The notes under the pieces are model-generated. The model had not been told where the DNA came from and did no database searches. It was given only the letters and a program-made list of their open reading frames with translations. DNA of 64,000 bases, from the NCBI GenBank assembly GCA_030390025.1, contig CM059432.1:44456001-44520000 (forward strand). Direction: 5' to 3'. Source of the DNA: Squalus acanthias (Eukaryota). Positions 26,901 to 39,513 of the stretch are shown one piece after another; the first letter of the stretch is position 1; every line of letters starts with the position of its first letter. Position numbers and translations under genes: made by a program.

Positions 26901-29326
26901 GTGGGGGCATGTGTTGTATATTCGGGGGGTGTATGTGTTGTATATTCAGGGGGCCCATGTGTTGTATATTCAAGGGGCCCATGTGTTGTATATTCAGGGG
27001 GCCCATGTGTTGTATATTCAGGTGGCCCATGTGTTGCATATTCAGAGGGGGCATATGCTGTATATTCAGGGAGGGCATGTGTTGTATATTCAGTGGGGGC
27101 ATGTGTTGTATATTCGGTGGGGGCATGTATTGTATATTCCGTGGGGGCATGTGTTGTATATTCGGGGGAGCATGTGTTGTGTATTCGGGGGGGCATGTGT
27201 TGTATATTCAGGGGGCGCATTGTGTTGTATATTCAGGAGGACCAAGTGTTGTATATTCAGGGGGACCAAGTGTTGTTTATTCAGGGGGCCCATGTGTTGT
27301 ATATTCAGTGGGGTCATGTGTTGTATATTCAGGGGGGTCATGTGTTGTATATTCAGATGGGTCATGTGTTGTATATTCAGGGGGCCCATGTGTTGTATAT
27401 TCAGGGGGCCCATGTGTTGTATATTCAGGGGGCCCATGTGTTGTATATTCAGGGGGCCCATGTGTTGTATATTCAGGGGGCCCATGTGTTGTATATTCAG
27501 AGGGACCAAGTGTTGTATATTCAGGGGGGCATGTGTTGTATATTCAGGGGGCCCATGTGTTGTATATTCAGGGGGCCCATGTGTTGTATATTCAGAGGGA
27601 CCAAGTGTTGTATATTCGGGGGGGCATGTGTTGTATATTCAGGGGGCCCATGTGTTGTATATTCAGGGGGCCCCTGTGTTGTATATTCAGGGGGCCCATG
27701 TGTTGTATATTCAGGGGGCACATGTGTTGTATTTTCAGGGAGCCCATGTGTTGTATATTCAGGGGGGGCATGTGTCGTATATTCAGGGGGCCCATGTGTT
27801 GTATATTCAGGGGGGCATGTGTTGTATATTCAGGGGGGCATTTGTTGTATATTCAGGGGGGTAATTGTGTTGTATATTCAGGGGGAGCATGTGTTGTATA
27901 TTCAGGTGGGCACGTGTTGTATATTCAGGTGGGCACGTGTTGTATAATCAGGTGGGCACGTGTTGTATAATCAGGTGGGCACGTGTTGTATATTCAGGTG
28001 GGCACGTGTTGTATATTCAGGGGGGCATGCCTTGTATATTCAGGGGGGCATGCCTTGTATATTCAGGGGGGCATGTGTTGTATATTTAGGGGGGCATGTG
28101 TTGTATATTCAGGGCGGGCACATGTTGTATATTCAGGGGGAGCACGTGTTGTATATTCGGGGGAGCATGTGTTGTATATTCAGGGGGTGCGTGTGTTGTA
28201 TATTCAGGGGGACCAAGTGTTGTATATTCAGGGGGCCCATGTGTTGTATATTCAGGGGGCCCATGTGTTGTATATTCAGGGGGCCCATGTGTTGTATATT
28301 CAGAGGGACCAAGTGTTGTATATTCGGGGGGGGCATGTGTTGTATATTCAGGGGGCCCATGTGTTGTATATTCAGGGGGCCCCTGTGTTGTATATTCAGG
28401 GGGCCCATGTGTTGTATATTCAGGGGGCACATGTGTTGTATTTTCAGGGAGCCCATGTGTTGTATATTCAGGGGGGGCATGTGTTGTATATTCAGGGGGC
28501 CCATGTGTTGTATATTCAGGGGGCATGTGTTGTATATTCAGGGGGGCATTTGTTGTATATTCAGGGGGTAATTGTGTTGTATATTCAGGGGGAGCATGTG
28601 TTGTATATTCAGGTGGGCACGTGTTGTATATTCAGGTGGGCACGTGTTGTATAATCAGGTGGGCACGTGTTGTATATTCAGGTGGGCACGTGTTGTATAT
28701 TCAGGGGGGCATGCCTTGTATATTCAGGGGGGCATGCCTTGTATATTCAGGGGGGCATGTGTTGTATATTTAGGGGGCATGTGTTGTATATTCAGGGCGG
28801 GCACATGTTGTATATTCAGGGGGAGCACGTGTTGTATATTCGGGGGAGCATGTGTTGTATATTCAGGGGGTGCGTGTGTTGTATATTCAGGGGGACCAAG
28901 TGTTGTATATTCGGGGGACCCTGTGTTGTATATTCAGGGGGCGCTTTGTGTTGAATACTCAGGGGGCCCATATGTTGTATATTCAGGGTGGTCATGTGTT
29001 GTATATTCAGGGGTGTCATGTGTTGTATATTCGGGGGGGGGCATGTGTTGTATACTCAGAGGGACCAAGTGTTGTATATTCGGGAGGGTGCATGTGTTGT
29101 ATATTCAGGGGGCCCATGTGTTGCATATTCGGGGGGGGGGGCATGTGTTGTATATTCAGGGGCCCATGTGTTGTATATTTAGGGGGGGCATGTGTTGTAA
29201 ATTCAGGGGGCCCATGTGTTGTATATTTAGGGGGGGCATGTGTTGTATATTCATGGGGGGCATGTGTTGTATATTCAGGGGAGTGCCATGTGTTGTATAT
29301 TCAGGGGGGGGGGCATCTGTTGTATA

Positions 29327-31909
29327 AAAACAAGGGCATATAAGGTAGCGAAATCTAGTGGGAGGACAGAGGATTGGGAAAACTTTAAAAGGCAGCAAAA
29401 AATAACAAAAAGATTGATTAAGAAAGGGAAGATAGATTATGAAAGTAAATTAGCAAAAAATATAAAAACAGATAGTAAGAGTTTTTATAGTTATATAAAA
29501 AGAAAAAGGGTGGCTAAAGTAAATGTTGGTCCCTTAGAGGATGAGACCGGGAAATTAATGGTGGAAATATGGAGATGGCAAAAACACTGAATGAATATTT
29601 TGTATCAGTCTTTACAGTAGAGGACACTAAGAATATCCCAACACTGGACAAACAGGGGGCTATAGGGGGAGAGGAGCTAAACACGATCAAAATCACTAAG
29701 GAAGTGGTACTCGGTAAAATAATGGGACTCAAGGCGGATAAATCACCTGGACCTGATGGCTTACATCCTAGAGTCTTGAAGGAAGTGGCGGTAGGGATTG
29801 TAGATGCATTGGTAATAATTTTTCAAAACTCCCTGGATTCCGCTAAGGTCCCGGCAGACTGGAAAACTGCTAATGTAACACCCTTATTTAAAAAGGGCAG
29901 TAGACAGAAGGCTGGTAACTATAGACCGGTTAGCCTAACATCTGTGGTAGGTAAAATTTTGGAGTCCATTATTAAGGAAACAGTAACAGGACATTTGGAT
30001 AATCATAATTTAATAGGACAAAGTCAGCATGGTTTTACGAAGGGGAAGTCATGTTTGACAAATTTGCTGGAGTTCTTTGAGGAAGTAACATATAGAGTGG
30101 ATAAAGGGGAACCAGTGGACGTAGTGTATTTAGACTTCCAAAAGGCATTTGACAAGGTGCCACACAAAAGATTATTGCTTAAGGTAAAAAATCACGGGAT
30201 TGGGGGTAATATTCTGGCATGGATAGAGGATTGGCTATCTAACAGAAAGCAAAGAGTTGGCATAAATGGTTCATTCTCAGACTGGCAATCAGTAACTAGT
30301 GGTGTTCCACAGGGGTCAGTGCTGGGTCCCCAACTCTTCACAATCTATATTAACGATTTGGAGGAAGGGACCAAGTGTAACATATCAAAATTTGCAGATG
30401 ATACAAAGATGGGAGGGAAAGTAGTAGAAACATAGAAACTAGGAGCAGGAGTAGGCCATTCGGCCCGTCGAGCCTGCTCCACCATTCAATACGATCATGG
30501 CTGATCATCCAAATCCAGTACCCTGTCCCTGCTTTCTCACACAGAATCCCCATCGAGCCTGCACCGACACATATCCCACCCTATCCCCGTAACCCCACGT
30601 ATTTAATTCCCCCTAACATATCCCATCCTATCTCTGTAACCCCACATATTTAATCCCCCCCTAACACTAAGGGTCAATTTATCATAGCCAAATCAACCTA
30701 ACCCGCACATTTTTGGACTGTGGGAGGAAACCGGAGCACCCGGAGGAAACCCACGCAGACACGGGGAGAATGTGCAAACTCCACACAGACAGTCACCCGA
30801 GGTCAGATTCGAACCCGGGACCCTGGCGCTGTGAGGCACCAGTGCTAACCACTATGCCACCGTGTTAGTGAGTGAGGAGGACATAAAAAACCTGCAAGGG
30901 GACATAGACAGGCTAAGTAAGTGGGCAGAGATTTGGCAGATGGAATACAACACTGGAAAGTGTGAGGTGATGCACTTTGGCAGGAAAAATCCTAGAGCAA
31001 TTTATTATCTTAATGGCAAGAAACTGGAGAGTACTGAAGTGCAAAGGGATCTGGGGGTCCTGGTGCACGAAACTCAAAAGGTTAGTATGCAGGTGCAGCA
31101 AGTGATTAAGAAGGCAAATGGAATGTTGGCTTTCATTGCTAGGGGGATAGAATATAAAAATAGGGAGGTATTGCTTCAGTTGTACAAGGTATTGGTGAGA
31201 CCGCACCTGGAATACTGCATACAGTTTTGGTGTCCTTACTTAAGGAAAGACATCCTTGCTCTCGAGGCAGTGCAAAAAAGGTTCACTCGGTTAATCCCGG
31301 GGATGAGGGGGTGGTCATATGAGGAGAGGTTGGGTAGATTGGGACTCTACTCATTGGAGTTCAGAAGAATGAGAGGCGATCTTATTGAAACATATAAGAT
31401 TGTGAAGGGGTTGGATCGGGTGGATGCGGGGAGGATGTTCCCGATGACGGGTGAGACGAGAACTAGGGGACATAGTCTTAGAATAAGGGGCTGCTCTTTC
31501 AAAACTGAGATGAGGAGGAACTACTTCACTCAGAGGGTGGTAGGTCCATGGAATATGCTGCCACAAAAAGCTGTAGAAGCTACAACATTAATTAAATTTA
31601 AAACAGAAATAGACAGTTTCCTAGAAGTAAAGGGCATTAAGGGTTACGGGGAGCGGGCAGAAATTTGGACATGAGTCTAGGTTCGGATCGGTCATGGCCC
31701 TGTGGGTAGTGGAGCGGGCCCAGGGACTGTGTAGCCTGATTCTGCTCCTATTTCGTGTGTGCAATTCTGTTAGATGCAGGAGATGGTTCTGTGATAGATA
31801 GTAGATTGGCGGTTAGGATCAGATCAGCCATGATCTTATTGAATGGCGGAGCAGGCTCGAGGGGCCGATTGGCCTACTCCTGCTCCTATTTCTTATGTTC
31901 TTATGTTCT
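29327..31909 (+). mobile_element. Young 5'-truncated CR1 LINE (ORF2 RT) inserted in the minisatellite and interrupted by a SINE
   Basis: ORFs 29569..30435 and 30862..31674 rejoin in frame (GGKVV-SEEDI) when the SINE is removed. One frameshift near 29565. (TTCTTATG)n tail. TATA overlap on both sides. Confidence 0.95.
30426..30865 (-). mobile_element. HE1/V-SINE-like SINE inserted into the CR1 RT domain
   Basis: Reverse complement of the SINE at 14475-14910 and highly similar to it. TAGT is duplicated at 30422-30425 and 30866-30869. Confidence 0.92.
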
Positions 31910-34900
31910 TATATTGGGGGGCCATGTGCTGTAAAGTCAGGGGGCCCATGTGTTGTATATTCAGGGGGCATGTGTTGTATATTCAGGGAGGGCATGTGTT
32001 GTATATTCAGGGGGCCCATGTGTTGTATATTCAGGGGGTGGCATGTGTTGTATATTCAGGGGGCCCATGTGTTGTATATTCACGGGGCCCATGTGTTGTA
32101 TATTCACGGGGCCCATGTGTTGTATATTCAGGGGGCCCATTTGTTGTATTTTCAGGGAGCCCATGTGTTGTATCTTCAGGGGGCCCATGTGTTGTATATT
32201 CAGGGGGCCCATGTGTTGTATCTTCAGGGGGGCCATGTGTTGTATCTTCAGGGGGCCCATGTGTTGTATGTTCAGGGGGGCATATGTTGTATATTTGGGG
32301 GGGGGGGCATATGTTGTATATTCAGGGGAGGCATGTGCTGTATATTCAGTGGGGGCATGTGTTGTATATTCAGGGGGGGCATGTGTTGTATCTTCAGGGG
32401 GGGGGTATGTGTTGTATATTCAGGGGGCCCATGTGTTGTATGTTCAAGGGGCCCATGTGTTGTATATTCAGGGGGCCCATGTGTTGCATATTCAGAGGGG
32501 GCATATGCTGTATATTCAGGGAGGGCATGTGTTGTATATTCAGTGGGGGCATGTGTTGTATATTCGGTGGGGGCATGTATTGTATATTCCGTGGGGGCAT
32601 GTGTTGTATATTCGGGGGAGCATGTGTTGTGTATTCGGGGGGCATGTGTTGTATATTCAGGGGGTGCGTGTGTTGTATATTCAGGGGGACCAAGTGTTGT
32701 ATATTCGGGAGGACGCTGTGTTGTATATTCAGGGGGCGCATTGTGTTGTATATTCAGGGGGACCAAGTATTGTATATTCAGGGGACCAAGTGTTGTTTAT
32801 TCAGGGGGCCCATGTGTTGTATATTCAGTGGGGTCATGTGTTGTATATTCAGGGGGGTCATGTGTTGTATATTCAGATGGGTCATGTGTTGTATATTCAG
32901 GGGGCCCATGTGTTGTATATTCAGGGGGCCCATGGGTTGTATATTCAGAGGGACCAAGTGTTGTATATTCGGGGGGGCATGTGTTGTATATTCAGGGGGC
33001 CCATGTGTTGTATATTCAGGGGGCCCATGTGTTGTATATTCAGGGGGCCCATGTGTTGTATATTCAGAGGGACCAAGTGTTGTATATTCGGGGGGGGGGG
33101 GCATGTGTTGTATATTCAGGGGGCCCATGTGTTGTATATTCAGGGGGCCCATGTGTTGTATATTCAGGGGGCACATGTGTTGTATTTTCAGGGAGCCCAT
33201 GTGTTGTATATTCAGGGGGGGCATGTGTCGTATATTCAGGGGGCCCATGTGTTGTATATTCAGGGGGGCATGTGTTGTATATTCAGGGGGGCATTTGTTG
33301 TATATTCAGGGGGTAATTGTGTTGTATATTCAGGGGGAACATGTGTTGTATATTCAGGTGGGCACGTGTTGTATATTCAGGTGGGCACGTGTTGTATATT
33401 CAGGGGGGCATGCCTTGTATATTCAGGGGGGCATGTGTTGTATATTTAGGGGGGCATGTGTTATATATTCAGGGCGGGCACATGTTGTATATTCAGGGGG
33501 AGCATGTGTTGTATATTCGGGGGAGCATGTGTTGTATATTCAGGGGGTGCGTGTGTTGTATATTCAGGGGGACCAAGTGTTGTATATTCGGGGGACCCTG
33601 TGTTGTATATTCAGGGGGCGCTTTGTGTTGAATACTCAGGGGGCCCATATGTTGTATATTCAGGGTGGTCATGTGTTGTATATTCAGGGGTGTCATGTGT
33701 TGTATATTCGGGGGGGGGGCATGTGTTGTATACTCAGAGGGACCAAGTGTTGTATATTCGGGAGGGTGCATGTGTTGTATATTCAGGGGGCCCATGTGTT
33801 GCATATTCGGGGGGGGGGCATGTGTTGTATATTCAGGGGCCCATGTGTTGTATATTTAGGGGGGGGCATGTGTTGTAAATTCAGGGGGCCCATGTGTTGT
33901 ATATTTAGGGGGGCATGTGTTGTATATTCATGGGGGGCATGTGTTGTATATTCAGGGGAGTGCCATGTGTTGTATATTTAGGGGGGGGGGCATCTGTTGT
34001 ATATTGGGGGGCCATGTGCTGTAAAGTCAGGGGGCCCATGTGTTGTATATTCAGGGGGCATGTGTTGTATATTCAGGGGGGGCATGTGTTGTATATTCAG
34101 GGGGCCCATGTGTTGTATATTCAGGGGGTGGCATGTGTTGTATATTCAGGGGGGGCATGTGTTGTATATTCAGGGGGTCATTGTGTTGTATATTCAGGGG
34201 GTCCATGTGTCGTATATTCAGGGGGCCCATGTGTTGTATATTCAGGGGGCCCATGTGTTGTATATTCAGGGGGCACATGTGTTGTATTTTCAGGGAGCCC
34301 ATGTGTTGTATATTCAGGGGGGCATGTGTCGTATATTCAGGGGGCCCATGTGTTGTATATTCAGGGGGGCATGTGTTGTATATTCAGGGGGGCATTTGTT
34401 GTATATTCAGGGGGTAATTGTGTTGTATATTCAGGGGGAACATGTGTTGTATATTCAGGTGGGCACGTGTTGTATATTCAGGTGGGCACGTGTTGTATAT
34501 TCAGGGGGGCATGCCTTGTATATTCAGGGGGGCATGTGTTGTATATTTAGGGGGGCATGTGTTATATATTCAGGGCGGGCACATGTTGTATATTCAGGGG
34601 GAGCATGTGTTGTATATTCGGGGGAGCATGTGTTGTATATTCAGGGGGTGCGTGTGTTGTATATTCAGGGGGACCAAGTGTTGTATATTCGGGGGACCCT
34701 GTGTTGTATATTCAGGGGGCGCTTTGTGTTGAATACTCAGGGGGCCCATATGTTGTATATTCAGGGTGGTCATGTGTTGTATATTCAGGGGTGTCATGTG
34801 TTGTATATTCGGGGGGGGGGCATGTGTTGTATACTCAGAGGGACCAAGTGTTGTATATTCGGGAGGGTGCATGTGTTGTATATTCAGGGGGCCCATGTGT

Positions 34901-36758
34901 TGCATATTCGGGGGGGGGGGCATGTGTTGTATATTCAGGGGCCCATGTGTTGTATATTTAGGGGGGGGCATGTGTTGTAAATTCAGGGGGCCCATGTGTT
35001 GTATATTTAGGGGGGGCATGTGTTGTATATTCATGGGGGGCATGTGTTGTATATTCAGGGGAGTGCCATGTGTTGTATATTTAGGGGGGGGCATCTGTTG
35101 TATATTGGGGGGCCATGTGCTGTAAAGTCAGGGGGCCCATGTGTTGTATATTCAGGGGGCATGTGTTGTATATTCAGGGGGGGCATGTGTTGTATATTCA
35201 GGGGGCCCATGTGTTGTATATTCAGGGGGTGGCATGTGTTGTATATTCAGGGGGGGCATGTGTTGTATATTCAGGGGGTCATTGTGTTGTATATTCAGGG
35301 GGTCCATGTGTCGTATATTCTGGGGGCCCATGTGTTGTATATTCAGGGGGCCCATGTGTTGTATATTCAGGGGGTGGCATGTGTTGTATATTCAGGGGGG
35401 GCATGTGTTGTATATTCAGGGGGCCCATGCGTTGTATATTCAGGGGGCCCATGTGTTGTATATTCAGGGGGCTCATGCGTTGTATATTCAGGGGGCCCAT
35501 GCGTTGTATATTCAGGGGGGTCATGTGTTGTATATTCGGGGGGTGGGGCATGTGTTATATATTCAGAGGGACCAAGTGTTGTATATTCGGGAGGGTACAT
35601 GTGTTGTATATTCAGGGGGCCCATGTGTTGTATATTCAGGGGGGGGGCATGTGTTGTAAATTCAGGGGGCCCATGTGTTGTATATTTAGGGGGGGCATGT
35701 GTTGTATATTCATGGGGGGCATGTGTTGTATATTCAGGGGAGTGCCATGTGTTGTATATTCGGGGGGGGGGGGGGCATCTGTTGTATATTGGGGGGCATG
35801 TGCTGTAAATTCAGGGGGCCCATGTGTTGTATATTCAGGGGGCATGTGTTGTATATTCAGGGGGCACATGTGTTGTATATTCAGGGGTCCATGTGTTGTA
35901 TATTCAGGGGGGTGCATGTGTTGTATATTCAGGGGGGGCATGTGTTGTATATTAAGGGGGGGCATGTGTTGTATATTCAGGGGGCCCATGTGTTGTATAT
36001 TCAGGGGGCCCATGTGTTGTATATTCAGGGGGCCCATGCGTTGTATATTCAGGGGGCCCATGTGTTGTATATTCAGGGGGTCTATGTGTTGTATATTCAG
36101 GGGGCCCATGTGTTGTATATTCAGGGGGCCCATGTGTTGTATATTCAGGGGGCCCATGTGTTGTATATTCAGGGGGCCCATGTGTTGTATATTCAGGGGG
36201 GGCATGTGTTGTATTTTCAGGGGGCCCATGTGTTGTATATTCAGGAGGGGCATGTGTTGTATATTCAGGGGGGGGGCATGTGTTGTATATTCAGGGGGGG
36301 CATGTGTTGTATATTCAGGGGGCCCATATGTTGTATATTCAGGGTGGGCATGTGTTGTATGTTCACGGGGGGCGTGTTTTGTGTATTCACGGGGGGTCCA
36401 TGTGTTGCATGTTTGGGGTGGGGTGTTCTATATTCAGTGGGGCATGCGTTGTATATTCGTGGAGAGGGAGGGAAGTATGTGTTGTATATTCAGGGGCCCA
36501 CGATTTCTGTTATTCGGTGGGGGGAGGGGGGCTCTTTTCACTCTCCCTTCCTTCTTCCCAACCCATACATTTCAATTTCCATCATTCTGACCTCCAACCT
36601 TCAATTTTTATATCATGTTTCAAAGTGCCTTCCTTCCTAACATGTAGTTTGTACCTGGACAAATCTCATAAGAGAATACATAAAGTTTTCTCAGGTTATT
36701 TTGCTGCAGGCAACCCTCCTCTTGGATAAAATATTAACAAAATTATATTCCTGTAAGT

Positions 36759-37814
36759 TGTAAGGTTTCCAAAATTTGCAGATCCCCAAAACCTAAGGAA
36801 AAAGGACTTTGGAACTACCCCAGAGTGATAAAAATGCATTTGGGCCTAACATAAGGAATTTAAGACCAAAAACCAAGTTTTGGCATTTTAAAAAGACATG
36901 TCTGGACCTGTAAGGGAAAAAAGGCTGCACAGGAGGTGGGTCAACCTCTGTAATAGCAGTTTTGGGTATTGCCGTTAAATTGCATTGTCTGGGGAATCGG
37001 GATGACCTCATTCAAGCCCCAGCAAGCATTAACATTTTGACAATAGACCCTAGGAGAAGACAGTCTCATCCCATCAAAAACCAATCAGCCAAGAAGATCA
37101 ACAGGATGCAAACCATCCCAAAAAAAAACCCATTTGACACTTACAGAACCCATTAAAGACATGCATAAAGATAGGAGTCCTAGGCCCAACAAGAAACCCA
37201 AAACATGAGGACAATGCAAACTCCGATTAAACAACAGATCGACAGGATGGAGCTATCCGGAAACCACTTCACACATTTACAAAACCAATTAACACGCTAG
37301 TAAAGTCGTTACTGTTAACGAGGTCTTGCAATGACCGGGATTTGATTTGGGGTAGATAAGGCCACTTCAATTTAATATAATTGAAGGCCCATCAAACAGT
37401 TACAGTTCAAGTTCAACAGAAGGCAGTTGCCACAGTTCTGCAAGAAGGCAGTTCCACAGCTCGGAAGAAGACAGTTTAAACAGAGGCAGAGTTACAGCAA
37501 GAAGTTCAACAAAGAAGGCCAACAACTTCACAAGCAGACCGACACGCAAGAAGAAACCAGAGCGACTGCCTCAGTGACCATCGGACACCTCGTAGCAACA
37601 AGGGCCTTACGAAACCTTTTACTCAAAAGACTCTAAACCCTAACTATCAACTGTCAAGGATTCGTTTGGTGAGCATTATCCCTGGTTCTCCAGAGTCCAA
37701 CCTAGCTAGTGAAGTGGGATTGGGAGGGGTGAAGTATTTTTCTAATGTTATTTCCCTCGCTTGTACCAATGTGTTCCCCAACCTGTGTTTAAGCATTAAG
37801 AGTGTTTTAAGTTA
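36759..37814 (+). mobile_element. LTR-like element, copy A (3'-truncated)
   Basis: Starts TGTAAGGTTTCC. Homologous in inverted orientation to 37988-39185 over the first ~170 bp and the last ~520 bp. Confidence 0.7.
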
Positions 37815-39185
37815 TGTAGGGGGTGGTGTGGTAGGGTCAGCCTCACCTCTGACTCAGTGAGCGGATTGAATCGCTCCCGCACCCCTGGTTCTAGACCTTG
37901 GACTTATTTAGGGGTTGTGAATAAAGATGCAGTAGACAACAGGTTCTGATGAAAGAATTTTGTCTTTATTAAAAGAAAAAGGTAACAAACTTAAAACACT
38001 CTTAATGCTTAAACACAGGTTGGGGAACACGCGGTACAGGTGAGGGAAATAACATTAGAAGAATACTTCACCCCTCCCAATCCCACTACACTAGCTAGGT
38101 TGGACTCTGGAGAACCAGGGATAATGCTCACCAAACGAATCCTTGACAGTTGAGAGTTAGGGTTTAGAGTCTTTTGAGTAAAAGGTTTCGTAAGGCTCTT
38201 GTTGCCGCGAGGTGTCCGATGGTCACTGAGGCAGTCGCTCTGGTTTCTTCTTGCGTGTCGGTCTGCTTGTGAAGTTGTTGGCCTTCTTTGTTGAACTTCT
38301 TGCTGTAACTCATCTGCCTGCTTCTGTAACTGCAGCCCTGACTTCTGTTCAACACAGGCTTTCAATTCTGTTCAACTTGAACTGTTTTACTGGAGAACTT
38401 TAACTGCAAAACTTGTAACTGTTGTAACTGCTTGATGGGCCTTCAATTATACTAAATTGAAGTGGCCTTATCCAAACCAAATCAAATCCTGGTCATTGTA
38501 AGACCTCGTTAACAGTAACGACTTTACTAAGTGTCAAATGGCTTGCGTCCTGTCGATCTCTTCGGTTGATTACAGGTGATTGGTTTCGTGTTGAAGTAAT
38601 TTAGGTTTCATTTGAGGCCTGTTCATTCTTTTGTCTTAGGTTTTGGCGGGCTCGTTAAGTTTGATGATTTTAACTTGGTGTTAACTTGTCCTGATGGCTT
38701 CCGATTGTTTTCAGGCTTCTAGCATCCTGTTTGGGCCTGGGGATTTCAAAAGGGGTCTTGGATTATTCATTTTTGAATGTGTTTGTGAGGTTTTGGATGA
38801 GGCTCATCCTCCTTGGTTGGATTGTAGTGCAAACATCTTCCAGACAGCTTGACTGGGCCCCAATAACCAAAAGCTGTCCACTGCCTCACCACCCCCTTCC
38901 CGCAGCCTTTATTGTTTTTGTGACTGCAGGGTTTCATTCAAAGTCATTTTTCCTCGGGGCTTTTCTTCCCTGATCCTTAAAAATGTCCAAAACTGTGGTT
39001 TTGACCTCAAATTCCTTCAAGCCTTTTCTCCCTTTACAGGCCCAGACATGTTTTTAAAATGCCAAAACTTGGTTTTTGGTCTTAAATTCCTTATGTTAGG
39101 CCCAAATGCATTTTATCACTCTGGGGTAGTTCCAAAGTCCTTTTTCATTATGTTTTGGGGATCTGCAAATTTTAGAAACCTAACA
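37815..39185 (-). mobile_element. LTR-like element, copy B (apparently complete solo LTR)
   Basis: Minus strand reads TGTTAGGTTTC...AATAAA...CCCCCTACA. AAGTTA is present on both sides (37809-37814 and 39186-39191). Confidence 0.72.
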
Positions 39186-39513
39186 AAGTTACCAATTTCT
39201 TTGCGAGAAAAATAGATTCAACTAAAAACAAATTCTCCCTTAATTAAATTAAATCTGTGCAAAGATACCATTAGTAGTCCCTGGCGAGCTCTTTATTAAA
39301 GTAGCAAAAATGACCAAAACATTGCTCTGTGGAAATAGAAAACCCAGGACCAGCTTCAAAGGATTATTCTCTCAGAAATCTTTAGGTGGCTATAGTTTAC
39401 CTAATCCAAGGATATATTATTTAACCCATTATTTAAATGTCTTGGTGTAATGGCTTTGTCCAGAAGCAAAAGCCAAGGTCACATATTTTCGTATCGATTG
39501 AAAAAATGCTAAC

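Larger units (their letters stand above)
12330..36500. repeat. Large G-rich minisatellite, 23-24-bp unit, roughly 900 copies (estimated as length divided by unit), with higher-order structure
   Basis: Continuous tandem CATGTGTTGTATATTCAG(G)4-7(CC) with a variable G-tract. Interrupted only at 14475-14910 and 29327-31909. Units degenerate at the right edge (36360-36530). Confidence 0.99.

Noticed and set aside
12330..36500. CRISPR-like array (constant core plus variable segment)
   Set aside because: The variable parts are only 5-10 nt G-rich variants that recur many times, not unique spacers. There are no cas genes and the context is vertebrate.
12233..36729. Hundreds of long ORFs (up to 751 aa) rich in Cys/Gly/His repeats such as MCCIFRGP, CVVYSGG and HVLYIQG
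   Set aside because: They are translations of a 24-bp unit that has no stop in the plus-strand frames. All three frames are open at once and swap at every G-tract indel, which is not how a selected coding sequence behaves.
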